Of a DNA stretch of 64,000 nt, positions 1-10,128 are shown in pieces. The DNA is from Thermodesulfobacteriota bacterium (lineage in GTDB: Bacteria > Desulfobacterota_D > UBA1144 > Nemesobacterales > Mycalebacteriaceae). Made by a program: the position numbers and the translations under genes. The notes under the pieces were generated by a model, which had not been told where the DNA came from, ran no database searches, and saw nothing but the letters and a program-made list of their open reading frames with translations. The DNA lies in contig CBDAQI010000001.1 of NCBI GenBank assembly GCA_965198945.1, forward strand, positions 128,001 to 192,000, in the 5' to 3' direction. How positions within the stretch are numbered: the first letter of the stretch is position 1; each line of letters begins with the position of its first letter.

Positions 1-460
1 AAGATAGCATCTTTGCCTGGCATTCGGAGATCAGCCATGACTGCAGTTTTTCCGCAGAATACTCGTAGGGATCCCCGCCTACGGTATCTATGAAAGTGTT
101 CAGGACAAGTCCTTTCTCCTCGGCATATTTCATCATGCTGATTGAAATCGCGTATCCGTCCGCTTTGACCATTCCGAAATTCATCGCCGTCCGTTCCTCT
201 TCGCTTGAGGGGGTTTGTTGGGCAATGACGGCAACCTGTCTGCCGTTTTTCTTTAGGGTGCCAACACCGGCAATAATGGCCGGGTCGTCTTGAATCTCCA
301 CTTTTCTTCCGGTGGGCGTTTGAAAATATGTCTGAAAATCTTCCAGTTTGCTCCAGTGAGTAAAGTCTGAGTAGAGAAGCTCGACAATAGGGCGGGCTTT
401 GATCCTTTTGTAGGATTTGGCTTCTTCGTGCGCCTCAACAGCTTTGGATTTGTTTGGCAT
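1..460 (-). CDS. accA: Acetyl-CoA carboxylase carboxyltransferase alpha-like protein (partial, runs off left edge)
   Basis: Not in the ORF track. Hand translation from ATG at 460: MPNKSKAVEAHEEAK...QDDPAIIAGVGTL...VAVIAQQ...MNFGMVKADGY...MMKYAEEKGLVLNTFIDTVGGDP, matching AccA motifs DDPAI, NFGM..P.GY, FIDTPGA; divergent. Confidence 0.7.
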   Translation of the reverse strand, partial: MPNKSKAVEAHEEAKSYKRIKARPIVELLYSDFTHWSKLEDFQTYFQTPTGRKVEIQDDPAIIAGVGTLKKNGRQVAVIAQQTPSSEEERTAMNFGMVKADGYAISISMMKYAEEKGLVLNTFIDTVGGDPYEYSAEKLQSWLISECQAKMLS

Positions 461-519
461 ATCGGCCCCCGGTTCATATCTGCTCAATTCGTGTGCAGAT
501 ATAAGTCTGCGGTGGAGAT

Positions 520-849
520 TTAGACGTTAAAAGACTGCCCGCAACCGCACGAGCCTTTGGAATTGGGGTTGCTTATTGAAAATCCGGTCCCGTTCAGTCC
601 GCCCCGGTAGTCAAGGCTCCCGCCCTCAAGGTATTGAAAACTGATACCGTCAATGACGACCTTCACCCCTTCTTCTTCAAAAATCTTGTCCGACCCTTCA
701 AGCTCATCATCAAAACCCATTTCGTAGGAAAATCCCGAACAGCCGCCCGGAACCACCCGAACTCTGAGAAAACCGTCCGGCATGTCTTCTGTGGAGAGAA
801 GTTTTTTTATTTCATCAGCAGCCTGTTTTGTTACCCCGAACATCGCCAT
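520..849 (-). CDS. Iron-sulfur cluster assembly accessory protein, HesB/IscA/ErpA family
   Basis: GGCSGFSY and C-terminal SCGCGQSF motifs; GGAGG RBS before ATG at 849. Confidence 0.93.
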   Translation of the reverse strand: MAMFGVTKQAADEIKKLLSTEDMPDGFLRVRVVPGGCSGFSYEMGFDDELEGSDKIFEEEGVKVVIDGISFQYLEGGSLDYRGGLNGTGFSISNPNSKGSCGCGQSFNV

Positions 850-948
850 TAAACCTCCAATCTGACTTGAGCAGACACTGGAATTATATATCAGCAAGCA
901 TTCCAAGACAACCGCCAAAGACTTCAGTTAGCCGGTATATTTGATTGG

Positions 949-2073
949 ATGAAAAGCGGAAAAACATTTCTGATAATTGATTCAACCGAAAACAATTCCG
1001 ACCTTCTCTACGCAACGGGAGGCTTATCGGTTCCCGACCCGGTTGTTTTTATCATGCACCGGGAAGAGCGGATTCTTGTACTGAGCGATCTTGAGATCGG
1101 GCGCGGCAGAAAGGAGGCCTCGGTTTCCACAGTTCTCTCTCTGTCTGAATATACGGCAAAACTTCGCCGTAAGAGAGGTTATTCGCTCGCGGATGTCGCG
1201 CTGCTTATTCTCAGAGAAAGGGGTGTTTCTCGCGTGGAGGTGCAGAAAACTTTTCCCGTCGCTTTTGCGGATGTTTTAAGGAAACAGGGCGTCAAAATTT
1301 CCTGCTGTGCGGGACCGATGCTTTTTGAGCAGAGAAAGAAAAAGACCCCCGGTGAAGTGACTCTGATACGCAAGGCGCTAAAAGACACCGCTTCGGCGAT
1401 GAAAACGGCGACTGATATGATATTCGGCGCCGAGGCGGGGAAAAACGGGGTTCTGTTTTCAGGCGGCAAACCGCTGACTTCCGAGAGAATAAAGCGCGCC
1501 ATACACACCCGACTCGCGGGCGCGGGATACTGCGTTTCGGGAACCATAGTTGCCTGCGGGGAACATTCGGCGATGCCTCACCATTCGGGAGAAGGCCCTG
1601 TTTTTGCCAACCGTCCGGTTGTGATTGACATATTTCCGAGGTCAGAGGAGGGATATTTCGGTGATATGACGAGGACTGTAATTAAAGGCCGACCGTCTCC
1701 GGTTCTCGCGCGCATGTATAAAACTGTCTTGAGGGGACAGAAAATTGCCATTGATATGATCAGACACGGCGTGAAAAGTTCTGATGTTCACGGAGCGGTT
1801 TTGAGTTTTTTTGATTCCGAGGGTTTTGAGACACGGAGCGGTGAAAATCCAAGCGGTTTTATACACTCAACCGGTCACGGCCTCGGAATGGGTCTTCACG
1901 AACCCCCGGGCATAGGGCTCGCGGAAACGGTTCTTGAAGAGGGCAATGTTGTGACCGTTGAGCCGGGGCTTTACTATGAGGAAATAGGGGGAATACGGAT
2001 AGAGGACGTTGTTTTTATAACTCAAAAAGGCTGTGTAAACCTGACGCGATGCTCCAAAGTTTTCTCACGTTGA
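949..2073 (+). CDS. Xaa-Pro aminopeptidase/dipeptidase (M24 family)
   Basis: GYFGDMTRT, HSTGHGLGMGLHE, TVEPGLY and GGIRIEDVV motifs. Confidence 0.92.
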   Translation: MKSGKTFLIIDSTENNSDLLYATGGLSVPDPVVFIMHREERILVLSDLEIGRGRKEASVSTVLSLSEYTAKLRRKRGYSLADVALLILRERGVSRVEVQKTFPVAFADVLRKQGVKISCCAGPMLFEQRKKKTPGEVTLIRKALKDTASAMKTATDMIFGAEAGKNGVLFSGGKPLTSERIKRAIHTRLAGAGYCVSGTIVACGEHSAMPHHSGEGPVFANRPVVIDIFPRSEEGYFGDMTRTVIKGRPSPVLARMYKTVLRGQKIAIDMIRHGVKSSDVHGAVLSFFDSEGFETRSGENPSGFIHSTGHGLGMGLHEPPGIGLAETVLEEGNVVTVEPGLYYEEIGGIRIEDVVFITQKGCVNLTRCSKVFSR

Positions 2074-2081
2074 AGCACGCT

Positions 2082-3298
2082 TTACGGTTGCGAAACGCCG
2101 GGAGTGATAAAAGTCTTCATAATTTCCCATCCGCGTTCAAACATTTTTCCCGTCTCCATGGCACATGTTTCCGAATAAGTCCGTCCGGGATTTGAGGTTT
2201 TGTTTTCAGAGTCGTAAATGGCGAACGGAACAGGGTCTCTTGAGTGTGTTCTGAGAGATATGGAGGTCGGGTGGTCTGACGTTATGAGGATTTTGAAATT
2301 CCCGAATCTTTCCATTCCCCGCAGAGCCGGACCCGCGACCCTGCGGTCAAAATCCTCCACCGCCCGCACTTTAAGGTGCGTTTTTCCCGTATGTCCGGTC
2401 TCGTCCGTTGCTTCTATGTGAATCATCACAAGGTCTTTTGTTTCAAGAGATTTCAGGGCGTATTCAACCTTTCCTTCATAGTTTGTGTCCAGATAGCCCG
2501 TTGCTCCGGGCACATCTATGACTTCCATCGCGGCGCATTTTCCGATGCCTCTTACCAGATCAACGGCCGATATAACCGCTCCGCTGACACCGTAGACTTT
2601 TTCAAAAGACGGGAGCGCAGGCGGAGTTCCCTCTCCCCAGAGCCAGATGCCGCTCGCGGGCGGCTGACCGTTTTTCGCCCTTTCTTTGTTGACGGGATGG
2701 TTTTTTAAGATGGTCTTTGCATCGCTCATAATTTTTATAAGCAGGTCCGCCCCCTCGCCTTTCGGAAGAAAACCTCCAATCTCTTTGCCCAGAATGTCGT
2801 GCGGCGGTGTGGATGAAACTGAAATTTTGCGGTTTTTTATTATCAACAGGTGTCTGTAGCTTACTCCCGCAAAAAACTCCGCTTCATCTTTTTTTAATTG
2901 TGCTGCAATGTCTTTGATAATTTCCCTTGCCTGGTCAGTCGGAATATGTCCCGCACTGTAGTCTTCCATCACGGCTTTTTCGCCCTCTCCGCTGAGTGTT
3001 ACCAGGTTGCATCTGCAGGTCATGTCCGTTTTTTGAGAGAAATTCCCATTCCCGCCGCTTCAAGAGGAGACCTGCCCGTGAAATAAACCAGAGGGTCATA
3101 TCCGAGAACGCTCAAGTTTCCGACATCACTACCCGGCGGAAGCGAGTCCGGGATGTGTTTTGTGACGCCGAATTCAGCGGCTTGCCGGGCCATCGTGTCA
3201 AGACAGGGAGTCTCCGCCGCTTCAAGAGGGGTCTTGCCGCCTATCTCCGCAAGCGGTCTGTCCGGCATTCCGTCGGCTTGGAGTATCAGATATTTCAA
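2082..3298 (-). CDS. apgM: Cofactor-independent phosphoglycerate mutase, ApgM type; split by a 1-nt frameshift
   Basis: ORF 3020-3298 (DGMPD, KTPLE, PGSD, GRSPLEA) plus ORF 2082-3023 (SAVDL..GIG, GATGYLDTNY, DETGH, SDHPT); one extra base in the T6 run at 3029-3034 joins them. Confidence 0.88.
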
Positions 3299-3301
3299 GG
3301 C

Positions 3302-4285
3302 CTATAAGGCGCAGTTCACGCCATTCTCCGTGCCCGCTAGAGTATTTTCTTTTTTCCCCTTTTCAAGTTTGAGCGCCTGCTTCTCGGCATGGTAGGAACT
3401 GCGCACCAGAGGTCCTGCTTCAATGTGGGGAATTCCGACTATTTTCTCCCCGTAATCTTTCAGAGATTCAAATTCCACTGGATGGTAAAAGCGCGATACG
3501 GGAATGTGGTCATGAGTGGGCTGCAGATACTGTCCTATCGTAACTATGTCGCATCCGGCAGCCCGCAGGTCTTTGAGCGTAAGTGTTATCTCTTCAAATG
3601 TTTCTCCGAGCCCGACCATTATTCCGGACTTTGTGAGCATTGTGCTTTCCCCCTCGCATGAGGAGGTTTGCAGAACTTCAAGCGAGCGTTCGTAAACAGC
3701 CTGCGGGCGGACGGAACGGAGCTTGCCCGACCGGGTCTTCTGCGGAAGGGAATAGAGTCTCGGCACCGTTTCAATGTTGTGGTTCAGAACATCCGGCTCT
3801 TCGGCCAGAACTGTCCGCAGGGCTTCGCGGCTTCCTTTGAAATCGGGGATAAGACATTCTATTTTGACCGAAGGCGCAGCCCGCCTGATTTCTTTTATTG
3901 TCAGAGCGAAAATCTCCGCGCTTTGCAGATTTTTGTCGTCCCTGTTGACCGATGTTACCACGATATGTGAGATGAGTGAATTGTGTTTGAGAAGGCTTTT
4001 TACCGCTTCGGCTATTCTTGCGGGCTCATCCCAGTCAAGCTCGCCGCCTCTTCCCGTTTTTACATGGCAGAATCCGCAGCTTCTCGTGCAGACATCGCCC
4101 ATTATCATGAAGGTGAGGGTTCCGGCACTCCAGCACTCGCCTATGTTCGGACACCTGGCTTCTTCGCACACAGTGTGAAGCCCCATTTCCCCTACAAGAT
4201 TTTTAAGGCGTTTGTAGTTTTCGCCCGAAGGGAGCTTCGCCTTTAGCCAGGAAGGTTTTGCTGCTTTGATTTTGCTGGTCGGCAT
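3302..4285 (-). CDS. lipA: Lipoyl synthase
   Basis: CEEARCPNIGEC, radical SAM CTRSCGFC, GPLVRSSYHA. Confidence 0.97.
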   Translation of the reverse strand: MPTSKIKAAKPSWLKAKLPSGENYKRLKNLVGEMGLHTVCEEARCPNIGECWSAGTLTFMIMGDVCTRSCGFCHVKTGRGGELDWDEPARIAEAVKSLLKHNSLISHIVVTSVNRDDKNLQSAEIFALTIKEIRRAAPSVKIECLIPDFKGSREALRTVLAEEPDVLNHNIETVPRLYSLPQKTRSGKLRSVRPQAVYERSLEVLQTSSCEGESTMLTKSGIMVGLGETFEEITLTLKDLRAAGCDIVTIGQYLQPTHDHIPVSRFYHPVEFESLKDYGEKIVGIPHIEAGPLVRSSYHAEKQALKLEKGKKENTLAGTENGVNCAL

Positions 4286-4304
4286 CGGCGGAAGGTTTTA
4301 CTCT

Positions 4305-4586
4305 TTATTCATCTTCTGATATTTTGCTTTCCAGACTGCTGATTTTTCTGTTTTTTCTTATCAGCTCAATCCAGTTCAGCGAGGAGTGTATCAGAGCAAA
4401 AATCATTCCCAGCAAAAAGACTGAAGCGAGCGCGATTCCGTTTTTCGTGTGCACGGCAGTGGCTTCGTACACAAAAGCGTCAAAATTTATAACCAGATCC
4501 CCATGCATAAACTCTTTGTTTCCCAGATACAGGAGCACTCCGGCGGCGATAAAAACCAGAGTTAAAACCAACTTCAGGTATTTCAT
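4305..4586 (-). CDS. Small membrane protein, LapA/DUF1049-like
   Basis: Two hydrophobic segments then a basic coiled-coil tail; lies downstream of rpsA-sppA. Confidence 0.55.
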   Translation of the reverse strand: MKYLKLVLTLVFIAAGVLLYLGNKEFMHGDLVINFDAFVYEATAVHTKNGIALASVFLLGMIFALIHSSLNWIELIRKNRKISSLESKISEDE

Positions 4587-4634
4587 AATTAGCCTCCCCG
4601 ATGGGTCATAATACCATACGGGAAACGCGTTTAA

Positions 4635-5528
4635 TCAAAAATTTTTTATCAGCCCGGACCATTCCGACAGATAATACAGTCCCGACCCCTGCAGCACCGG
4701 CGCCGGCAGATGTCTTTTTAGCAGTTTTGATGAAATCTCCGCGGAGATCAGCCCCGGGAGTCCGAACTCATTTTCCGGCAGTCTTTTCACCGGAGAATTT
4801 TTCGCAATTCCGGCCTTTTCCGCAGCTTTCTCAATGGCGTTCAGCAGAGTTCCCATTTCATCCACCAGACCAAGTTCCATGGCGCTCTGTCCGAGAATCG
4901 CTCTTCCGTCTGAAATATATTTCAGAGTTTCGGTGCTTATGTCCCTGTTTTCCGCCACAGCACTCTTAAACTGCTCAAGTGCATTGTCTATCATCGTCTG
5001 AAAGTATTCCCGGTCTTTTTCGCCGAGAGGCCGCAGGGGTGAACCGGCATCTTTGAATTTTCCCGTTTTTACAATCTCAAAATCCACTTTTGCCCACCGC
5101 AGCAGTTCCCCGTAATTTGCAAAAGTCGCTATGACCCCCACGCTTCCGGTTATGGTTCCGGGATTTGCGAATATATGAGACGCGCCGCAGGAAACATAGT
5201 AGCCGCCCGACGCGGCCATGCTCCCCATGCTTGCAATTACGGGAATTTTGCGTCCCACCCGCTTTATCAGAGAATAGATTTCCTGAGAAGCCGCCACGCT
5301 TCCCCCTGGAGAATCAACCCTGACGACAAGAGCTTTGTATGAGTCGTTTTTTTCTATTTCTCTGATGGCCCGTGTATAAGGCTCCGAATCAAGTATGACT
5401 CCTTCAACATTTAGAACGGCGATTTTGTCGGTTTTTTCACCGACAAAAGCCATGATTGCGCCCACAAGAATGAGCACGGCCACTATGTGGCGGAATTTCA
5501 CCGCCGAAACGATGCTGCGGAGTTTCAA
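4635..5528 (-). CDS. sppA: Signal peptide peptidase SppA (36K type)
   Basis: RVDSPGGSV, MAASGGYY, TITGSVGV, KTGKFKDAGS; N-terminal TM segment. Confidence 0.95.
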   Translation of the reverse strand: MKLRSIVSAVKFRHIVAVLILVGAIMAFVGEKTDKIAVLNVEGVILDSEPYTRAIREIEKNDSYKALVVRVDSPGGSVAASQEIYSLIKRVGRKIPVIASMGSMAASGGYYVSCGASHIFANPGTITGSVGVIATFANYGELLRWAKVDFEIVKTGKFKDAGSPLRPLGEKDREYFQTMIDNALEQFKSAVAENRDISTETLKYISDGRAILGQSAMELGLVDEMGTLLNAIEKAAEKAGIAKNSPVKRLPENEFGLPGLISAEISSKLLKRHLPAPVLQGSGLYYLSEWSGLIKNF

Positions 5529-5540
5529 TTTCCGGAATCC

Positions 5541-7025
5541 CTACCCTTTGTCATTGTTCAGGTCAATTTTGCCTGACATCAGGAGGTCGCCCAGTTTTGG
5601 TGATTCTCCGGTATTTTGTTTGGAATTAAACTCTTTGAGAATTTCTCTTTCGTTTTTTCTGTTAAGCATAACCATACTCAGTGTTACCGTGCGGGAGCCG
5701 TTGTCAAAATTTTTTACGACACCCTTGATCTCAGAGCCCGCTTTGTAATTTTCGGTTTCACCGCCGCGGTCTGAGTCCGCAATATCGGAGAATTTTATAA
5801 AGCCTTCAATGCCGTCTTCAAGCTCAAGGACAAGCCCACCCCTGGACTCTTTTTTAACCTTGCCCGTGAGCACAGTCTCACCTTTTTTGAGTTTGTTTAC
5901 GGCGGTTTTCCAGGGGTCTTTCTGAAGCTGCTTGACTCCGAAAGACATTTTTTTCTTAACGGGGTCGCACCTCAGCATCACAACTTCAATCTCAGAGCCT
6001 TTGCTTGACACTCCATAGGTTTCAATCGGATCCGCCTTTCCATTCCAGCTTATGTTGTCAGGGTGAAGAAGCCCGACAACCCCTTCGGCAACCTCTATGA
6101 ACACGCCCGCCTGGTTCACATTCTTTATCTTTCCCCTAATTCTTGAATTCTGCTGCGTCACTTGCGCAAACTCTTCCCACGGAGTGGTTTGCGTCTGTTT
6201 GTAGCTGAGGCCTATCCTTGCCTTGCCTTCGTCAATGCTTGTAATTTTTACTTCTATTTCCTGACCCGTTTCCAGAACATCGGACGGCTCTTTTACACGC
6301 TTCCATGACACTTCGCTTATGGGAATGAATCCTTCAACGACACCGCTTCCGTCGGTCAAATCCACAAAAGCGCCGGAAGATATGGTGTTGGAAACAACTC
6401 CCTTAACCACCATTCCCACATCGGTCTTTTTTATAAACTCAGCTATTTCCGCCGCTTTATGTTTCTCAAGAAGCTTTTTTCTGGACAGGATTACTCTTTT
6501 CCTGTCAACTTCAATTATAAGAGCTTCAAAGCTCCGGCTGGTGATTTTGTCCGCCCCGTGCCTGCTTTTTCCCATTTGCGTCTGAGAAGAAGGAAGAAAA
6601 GCTTTTATACCGAAACCCTCAATTAGGCACTCAAGACCTCCCTTTATTCTCTTTGAGGAGCTGACAGTAACCGGTTCTTCCGCAGATAATTTCTCTCTCA
6701 ACACCTCAATGTGCTTTATATTGTCCGCTTCGGTTTTGGAAATTTTCGGAAGCCCCCGTCCCGTGCTTTTAACCAGAACGTCAACGCGCCTGCCTTCCTT
6801 AACTTCCCAGTCGGCGTTTTCGTCTAAAAATTCCTTCAGTGGAACAATACCTTCAGACCTGAGCCCTATGTTTACGAAAACGTTTTCCTCTTCCACCCGC
6901 ACAACTGTTCCGCTGACAACTTTACCAACGATGTTTTTTTCCTGGGTTTCGCTTTCCTCAAGAAGCTGGGAAAAGCTCTGTGAGGCTTCCGGGTTCTCCG
7001 CCGGGCTGTGAATCAAATCAGTCAT
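5541..7025 (-). CDS. rpsA: 30S ribosomal protein S1
   Basis: Repeated S1 domains (VNIGLRSEGIVP, AFLPSSQ, GAFVDL..GFIPISEVSW, GLLHPDNISW); follows cmk. Confidence 0.9.
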   Translation of the reverse strand: MTDLIHSPAENPEASQSFSQLLEESETQEKNIVGKVVSGTVVRVEEENVFVNIGLRSEGIVPLKEFLDENADWEVKEGRRVDVLVKSTGRGLPKISKTEADNIKHIEVLREKLSAEEPVTVSSSKRIKGGLECLIEGFGIKAFLPSSQTQMGKSRHGADKITSRSFEALIIEVDRKRVILSRKKLLEKHKAAEIAEFIKKTDVGMVVKGVVSNTISSGAFVDLTDGSGVVEGFIPISEVSWKRVKEPSDVLETGQEIEVKITSIDEGKARIGLSYKQTQTTPWEEFAQVTQQNSRIRGKIKNVNQAGVFIEVAEGVVGLLHPDNISWNGKADPIETYGVSSKGSEIEVVMLRCDPVKKKMSFGVKQLQKDPWKTAVNKLKKGETVLTGKVKKESRGGLVLELEDGIEGFIKFSDIADSDRGGETENYKAGSEIKGVVKNFDNGSRTVTLSMVMLNRKNEREILKEFNSKQNTGESPKLGDLLMSGKIDLNNDKG

Positions 7026-7109
7026 GTCAAGAGTGAGAAAAACTCCGTTTCATGCGGAATCGCCAAAACGCTCCCGCGCAATTTATTTTTCCGTTCCGCT
7101 GCTTTCAAT

Positions 7110-7790
7110 TCAACTTCCAGTCTCAACGGAATTGATAATTTTTTCAATAACCTCATTCACACCGAGATGTGTGGTATCTATTATCACAGCATCGGGGGCG
7201 GGTTTCAAGGGAGAGTGTTTTCTTTCGCTGTCTCTGCGGTCTCTTGAAGAGATTTCTGCGGCCGTTTCTTCAAGTGTCTGCTTCTCTCCCGCCATTTTGA
7301 GTTCGGAGTTTCTTCTCCTCGCTCTTTCAAGCGGCTCGGCTGTGAGAAAAAACTTGTGCCGGGCGTCGCGGAAAACCCTGGTTCCCATGTCTCTGCCTTC
7401 GGCGACTATGTTTGATTTTTCTCCGTGAGCGCGCTGAAGTCGTCCGAGAAATTCCCTCACCTCTTTTATTTCAGAAAATCTGGAAGCGCCTTCAGATATT
7501 TCGGGAGTTCTTATTTCGTCGCTTATATCTCTCCCGCCAAGAGTTACGGTACAGCCGCCGTCAGCGGAACTTACCGAAGATATTTTCGCGTCTTTTAAAA
7601 GAGAGGTGACTTTGTCTCTGTCTTCCGGTTTCACACCCTTTTTTTTTGCGAGCAGAGCGAAAGCCCTGTATGTGGAGCCCGTGTCAAGATACTTGAAGCC
7701 CAGTTTGCGCGCCACAATCCGCGCCACCGTTCCCTTGCCAGAAGCGCTGGGGCCGTCAATTGTTATAACTTTCCCTTTTTTTCCGCTCAT
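7110..7790 (-). CDS. cmk: Cytidylate kinase
   Basis: ITIDGPSASGKGT, YLDTGSTYR, EGRDMGT, RDRRDSERKHSPL. Confidence 0.97.
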   Translation of the reverse strand: MSGKKGKVITIDGPSASGKGTVARIVARKLGFKYLDTGSTYRAFALLAKKKGVKPEDRDKVTSLLKDAKISSVSSADGGCTVTLGGRDISDEIRTPEISEGASRFSEIKEVREFLGRLQRAHGEKSNIVAEGRDMGTRVFRDARHKFFLTAEPLERARRRNSELKMAGEKQTLEETAAEISSRDRRDSERKHSPLKPAPDAVIIDTTHLGVNEVIEKIINSVETGS

Positions 7791-9097
7791 TATGATTTCC
7801 TGAGTTTTTCAAAAAAATCAAAGAATCCCCTGAATGAAACCGCCACGCAGTCGGCGTCTTCAATGCGGCTCGTTCCCTCCGCTCCGCTTGCTGCAACCGC
7901 AAGCGCCATTGCCACCCTGTGGTCTCCCGCGCTTGAGCAGGAGTTTCCGTGTAGTTTCCCTCCGGTTACGCGCATTCCGTCCTCAAGCTCTTCAACACGC
8001 CCGCCAAGATTTCCGAGCCCTTCGGCCATTGATTTTATTCTGTCACTTTCCTTCACTCTCAGCTCGGCCGCTCCCGATATTGTCGTGGTTCCGTGCGCAA
8101 AACACGCCACCGCCGCTATGACCGGCAGCTCGTCTATTGCTCTCGGTATGACTTCGCCCCTTATTTCAACTCCCCTCAATTTGCCGCCGCCCGCCGCCTC
8201 TATGTCGCCCACACTTTCGCCTCCCGATTTTCTCCTGTTTGAAATTCTTATTTCAGCGCCCATGTCTCTGAGAATTTCAATGGCGCCCGTCCGCGCGGGA
8301 TTGATTCCGACATTTTCAACAACAACACTTGAGCCGGGGCTTATAACCGCCGCCGCAAGCGGAAAAATTGCCGAGGAAATGTCCGCCGGAACTTCCGTTT
8401 CAGAGCCTCTGAGAATTTCCGCCCCGCCTCCCTCAAGGGTTATGCGCGAGCCCGAGCTCTCCACCCGCGCCCCGAAATGTCTGAGCATTATTTCAGTATG
8501 GTCTCTTGTTTTCCTGTGCTCAATTATTTTAGTAGTTCCGTCCGCGAAAAGCCCCGCAAGCAGAACAGCGGACTTTACCTGAGCGCTTGCCACCGGCATT
8601 TTGTATTCTATCGCCGAGGGTTTTGAGCCCCTTATACGCATGGGGAGTCTGCCGTCTCTTGAGTGTATTTCCGCTCCCATATGCCGGAGGGGCGTTATGA
8701 CGCGCCCCATGGGCCTTTTTACGAGGTATCTGTCTCCCGCAATGGTTGACTCAAAAAGCTGCGCGCTCAAAACGCCCGCGAGAAGCCGCGCCGTTGTTCC
8801 GGAATTACCGGCGTCAATTATCTTTGAGGGGGGGGTCAGTTTTTCGCACAAAACGGTTGTTTTTCCGGCCGCCGTGTCTATTTTCGCTCCCAGAAGTCTT
8901 AGCGCGTTTTTTGTGGACATGACATCCTCGCTGTTCAGAAGATTTGTTATGACCGTTTTCCCACGCGCGAGACACCCTATTATCAAAGATCTGTGAGAGA
9001 TGGATTTATCCGCCGGAACGGTAACCCGTCCTTTCACGGACAGGCTCCGCCCCGGGATCTTTACGATTTTTTGCGCGGACACTTCTTTTGCGGGCAA
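7790..9097 (-). CDS. aroA: 3-phosphoshikimate 1-carboxyvinyltransferase (EPSP synthase)
   Basis: DKSISHR, GNSGTT, SAQVKSA, RDHTE, ELRVKESDR, DHRVAM. Confidence 0.97.
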   Translation of the reverse strand: MPAKEVSAQKIVKIPGRSLSVKGRVTVPADKSISHRSLIIGCLARGKTVITNLLNSEDVMSTKNALRLLGAKIDTAAGKTTVLCEKLTPPSKIIDAGNSGTTARLLAGVLSAQLFESTIAGDRYLVKRPMGRVITPLRHMGAEIHSRDGRLPMRIRGSKPSAIEYKMPVASAQVKSAVLLAGLFADGTTKIIEHRKTRDHTEIMLRHFGARVESSGSRITLEGGGAEILRGSETEVPADISSAIFPLAAAVISPGSSVVVENVGINPARTGAIEILRDMGAEIRISNRRKSGGESVGDIEAAGGGKLRGVEIRGEVIPRAIDELPVIAAVACFAHGTTTISGAAELRVKESDRIKSMAEGLGNLGGRVEELEDGMRVTGGKLHGNSCSSAGDHRVAMALAVAASGAEGTSRIEDADCVAVSFRGFFDFFEKLRKS

Positions 9098-9111
9098 CGG
9101 ACGCGCATCTC

Positions 9112-9513
9112 TTACGGGGTTATGATTTTCCCACCGCCACCGCTTCCGTCCTTTTTTCGGGGAGACTGTTTTCTGGCGCGCGATTCAATCAGAGCGAGAA
9201 GACGCTCCTTGAAATTTTCTTCATAGTCGCAGATTGACGGAACGATGTATCCCAGAAGGGCTATCTGCAGGAGGTATTCTGTGTTGGCGATTATGTATTC
9301 CTGCTCAAAGCTGTCGCCGTAGGATTTGGAAAGACTCGTAAATATATGCTCCCCCGTCTCGGCCAGGATTTGCGCTATGCTTTTTGTTCCCTTCGCCTGC
9401 TGATTGGCGGAGACACCGAGATTGAAAGCCATTGTTATGGAGGCTGAAAGATAGGTCTCGGGAGATTCGCCGTTTTCTTCCGGGGGCTTTTCGGTCTTTT
9501 CAGAATCTGACAT
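9112..9513 (-). CDS. Hypothetical protein
   Basis: 133-aa ORF with ATG start, co-directional and 14 bp from aroA; no family recognised. Confidence 0.6.
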   Translation of the reverse strand: MSDSEKTEKPPEENGESPETYLSASITMAFNLGVSANQQAKGTKSIAQILAETGEHIFTSLSKSYGDSFEQEYIIANTEYLLQIALLGYIVPSICDYEENFKERLLALIESRARKQSPRKKDGSGGGGKIITP

Positions 9514-9541
9514 CCGATGTTATCCTAACACGGAGGCGGCA

Positions 9542-10075
9542 TTGTGTAAATTGCCGCTTTGCAAGGCGCGTTTACATTTGAAACCGGAGAATATCATAAA
9601 AAAACTTGGTCTCGAGCCGCTTGAGCCGGAGGGCGGCTTTTACAGACAGAATTATGTTAGTTCCGAGTTTTTCCCTTCTTCCCGACTCCCTCACCGTTAT
9701 GGCGGAGACCGGTTTTTTTCTTCGGCAATTTACTATCTTCTTGAAAAAGGTTCCGTTTCCGCGATGCACAGGCTGCTTTCGGATGAGGTTTATCATTTTT
9801 ACATCGGAGACCCGGTTCAACTGCTGACTTTGGGTCCGGCGGGGGCGGGTGTTATTTTTCTCGGCGGTGACATAATGTCCGGCCAGCATCTTCAGGCCGT
9901 TGTTCCGTCCGGCGTGTGGCAGGGCATGAAACTTGTTGACGGCGGCGAGTTCGCGCTTATGGGAACAACCGTTTCTCCCGCATATACAAGGGAAGACTTT
10001 GAGCTGGGCGATGCGGAAAAACTTTCCGGTCAGTTTCCCGCGAGTTCGGAGCTCATAAAAACACTTTTCCGCTGA
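9542..10075 (+). CDS. Cupin domain protein, DUF985 family
   Basis: LGLEPLEPEGGFY, SAIYYLL, HRLLSDEVYHFY.GDP, QAVVP.GVWQ, GTTVSP; true start may be ~9578. Confidence 0.88.
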   Translation: MCKLPLCKARLHLKPENIIKKLGLEPLEPEGGFYRQNYVSSEFFPSSRLPHRYGGDRFFSSAIYYLLEKGSVSAMHRLLSDEVYHFYIGDPVQLLTLGPAGAGVIFLGGDIMSGQHLQAVVPSGVWQGMKLVDGGEFALMGTTVSPAYTREDFELGDAEKLSGQFPASSELIKTLFR

Positions 10076-10128
10076 AAAGCGTTCCGTTTTGACAAACACC
10101 CGCTTGTTATATTATCCTCACCATCCGG

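Noticed and set aside
7863..8582. 239-aa + strand ORF, and similar long antisense ORFs (11547-12182, 18974-19648, 31916-32575, 61420-62235)
   Set aside because: Shadow frames opposite better-supported genes, with no recognisable motifs
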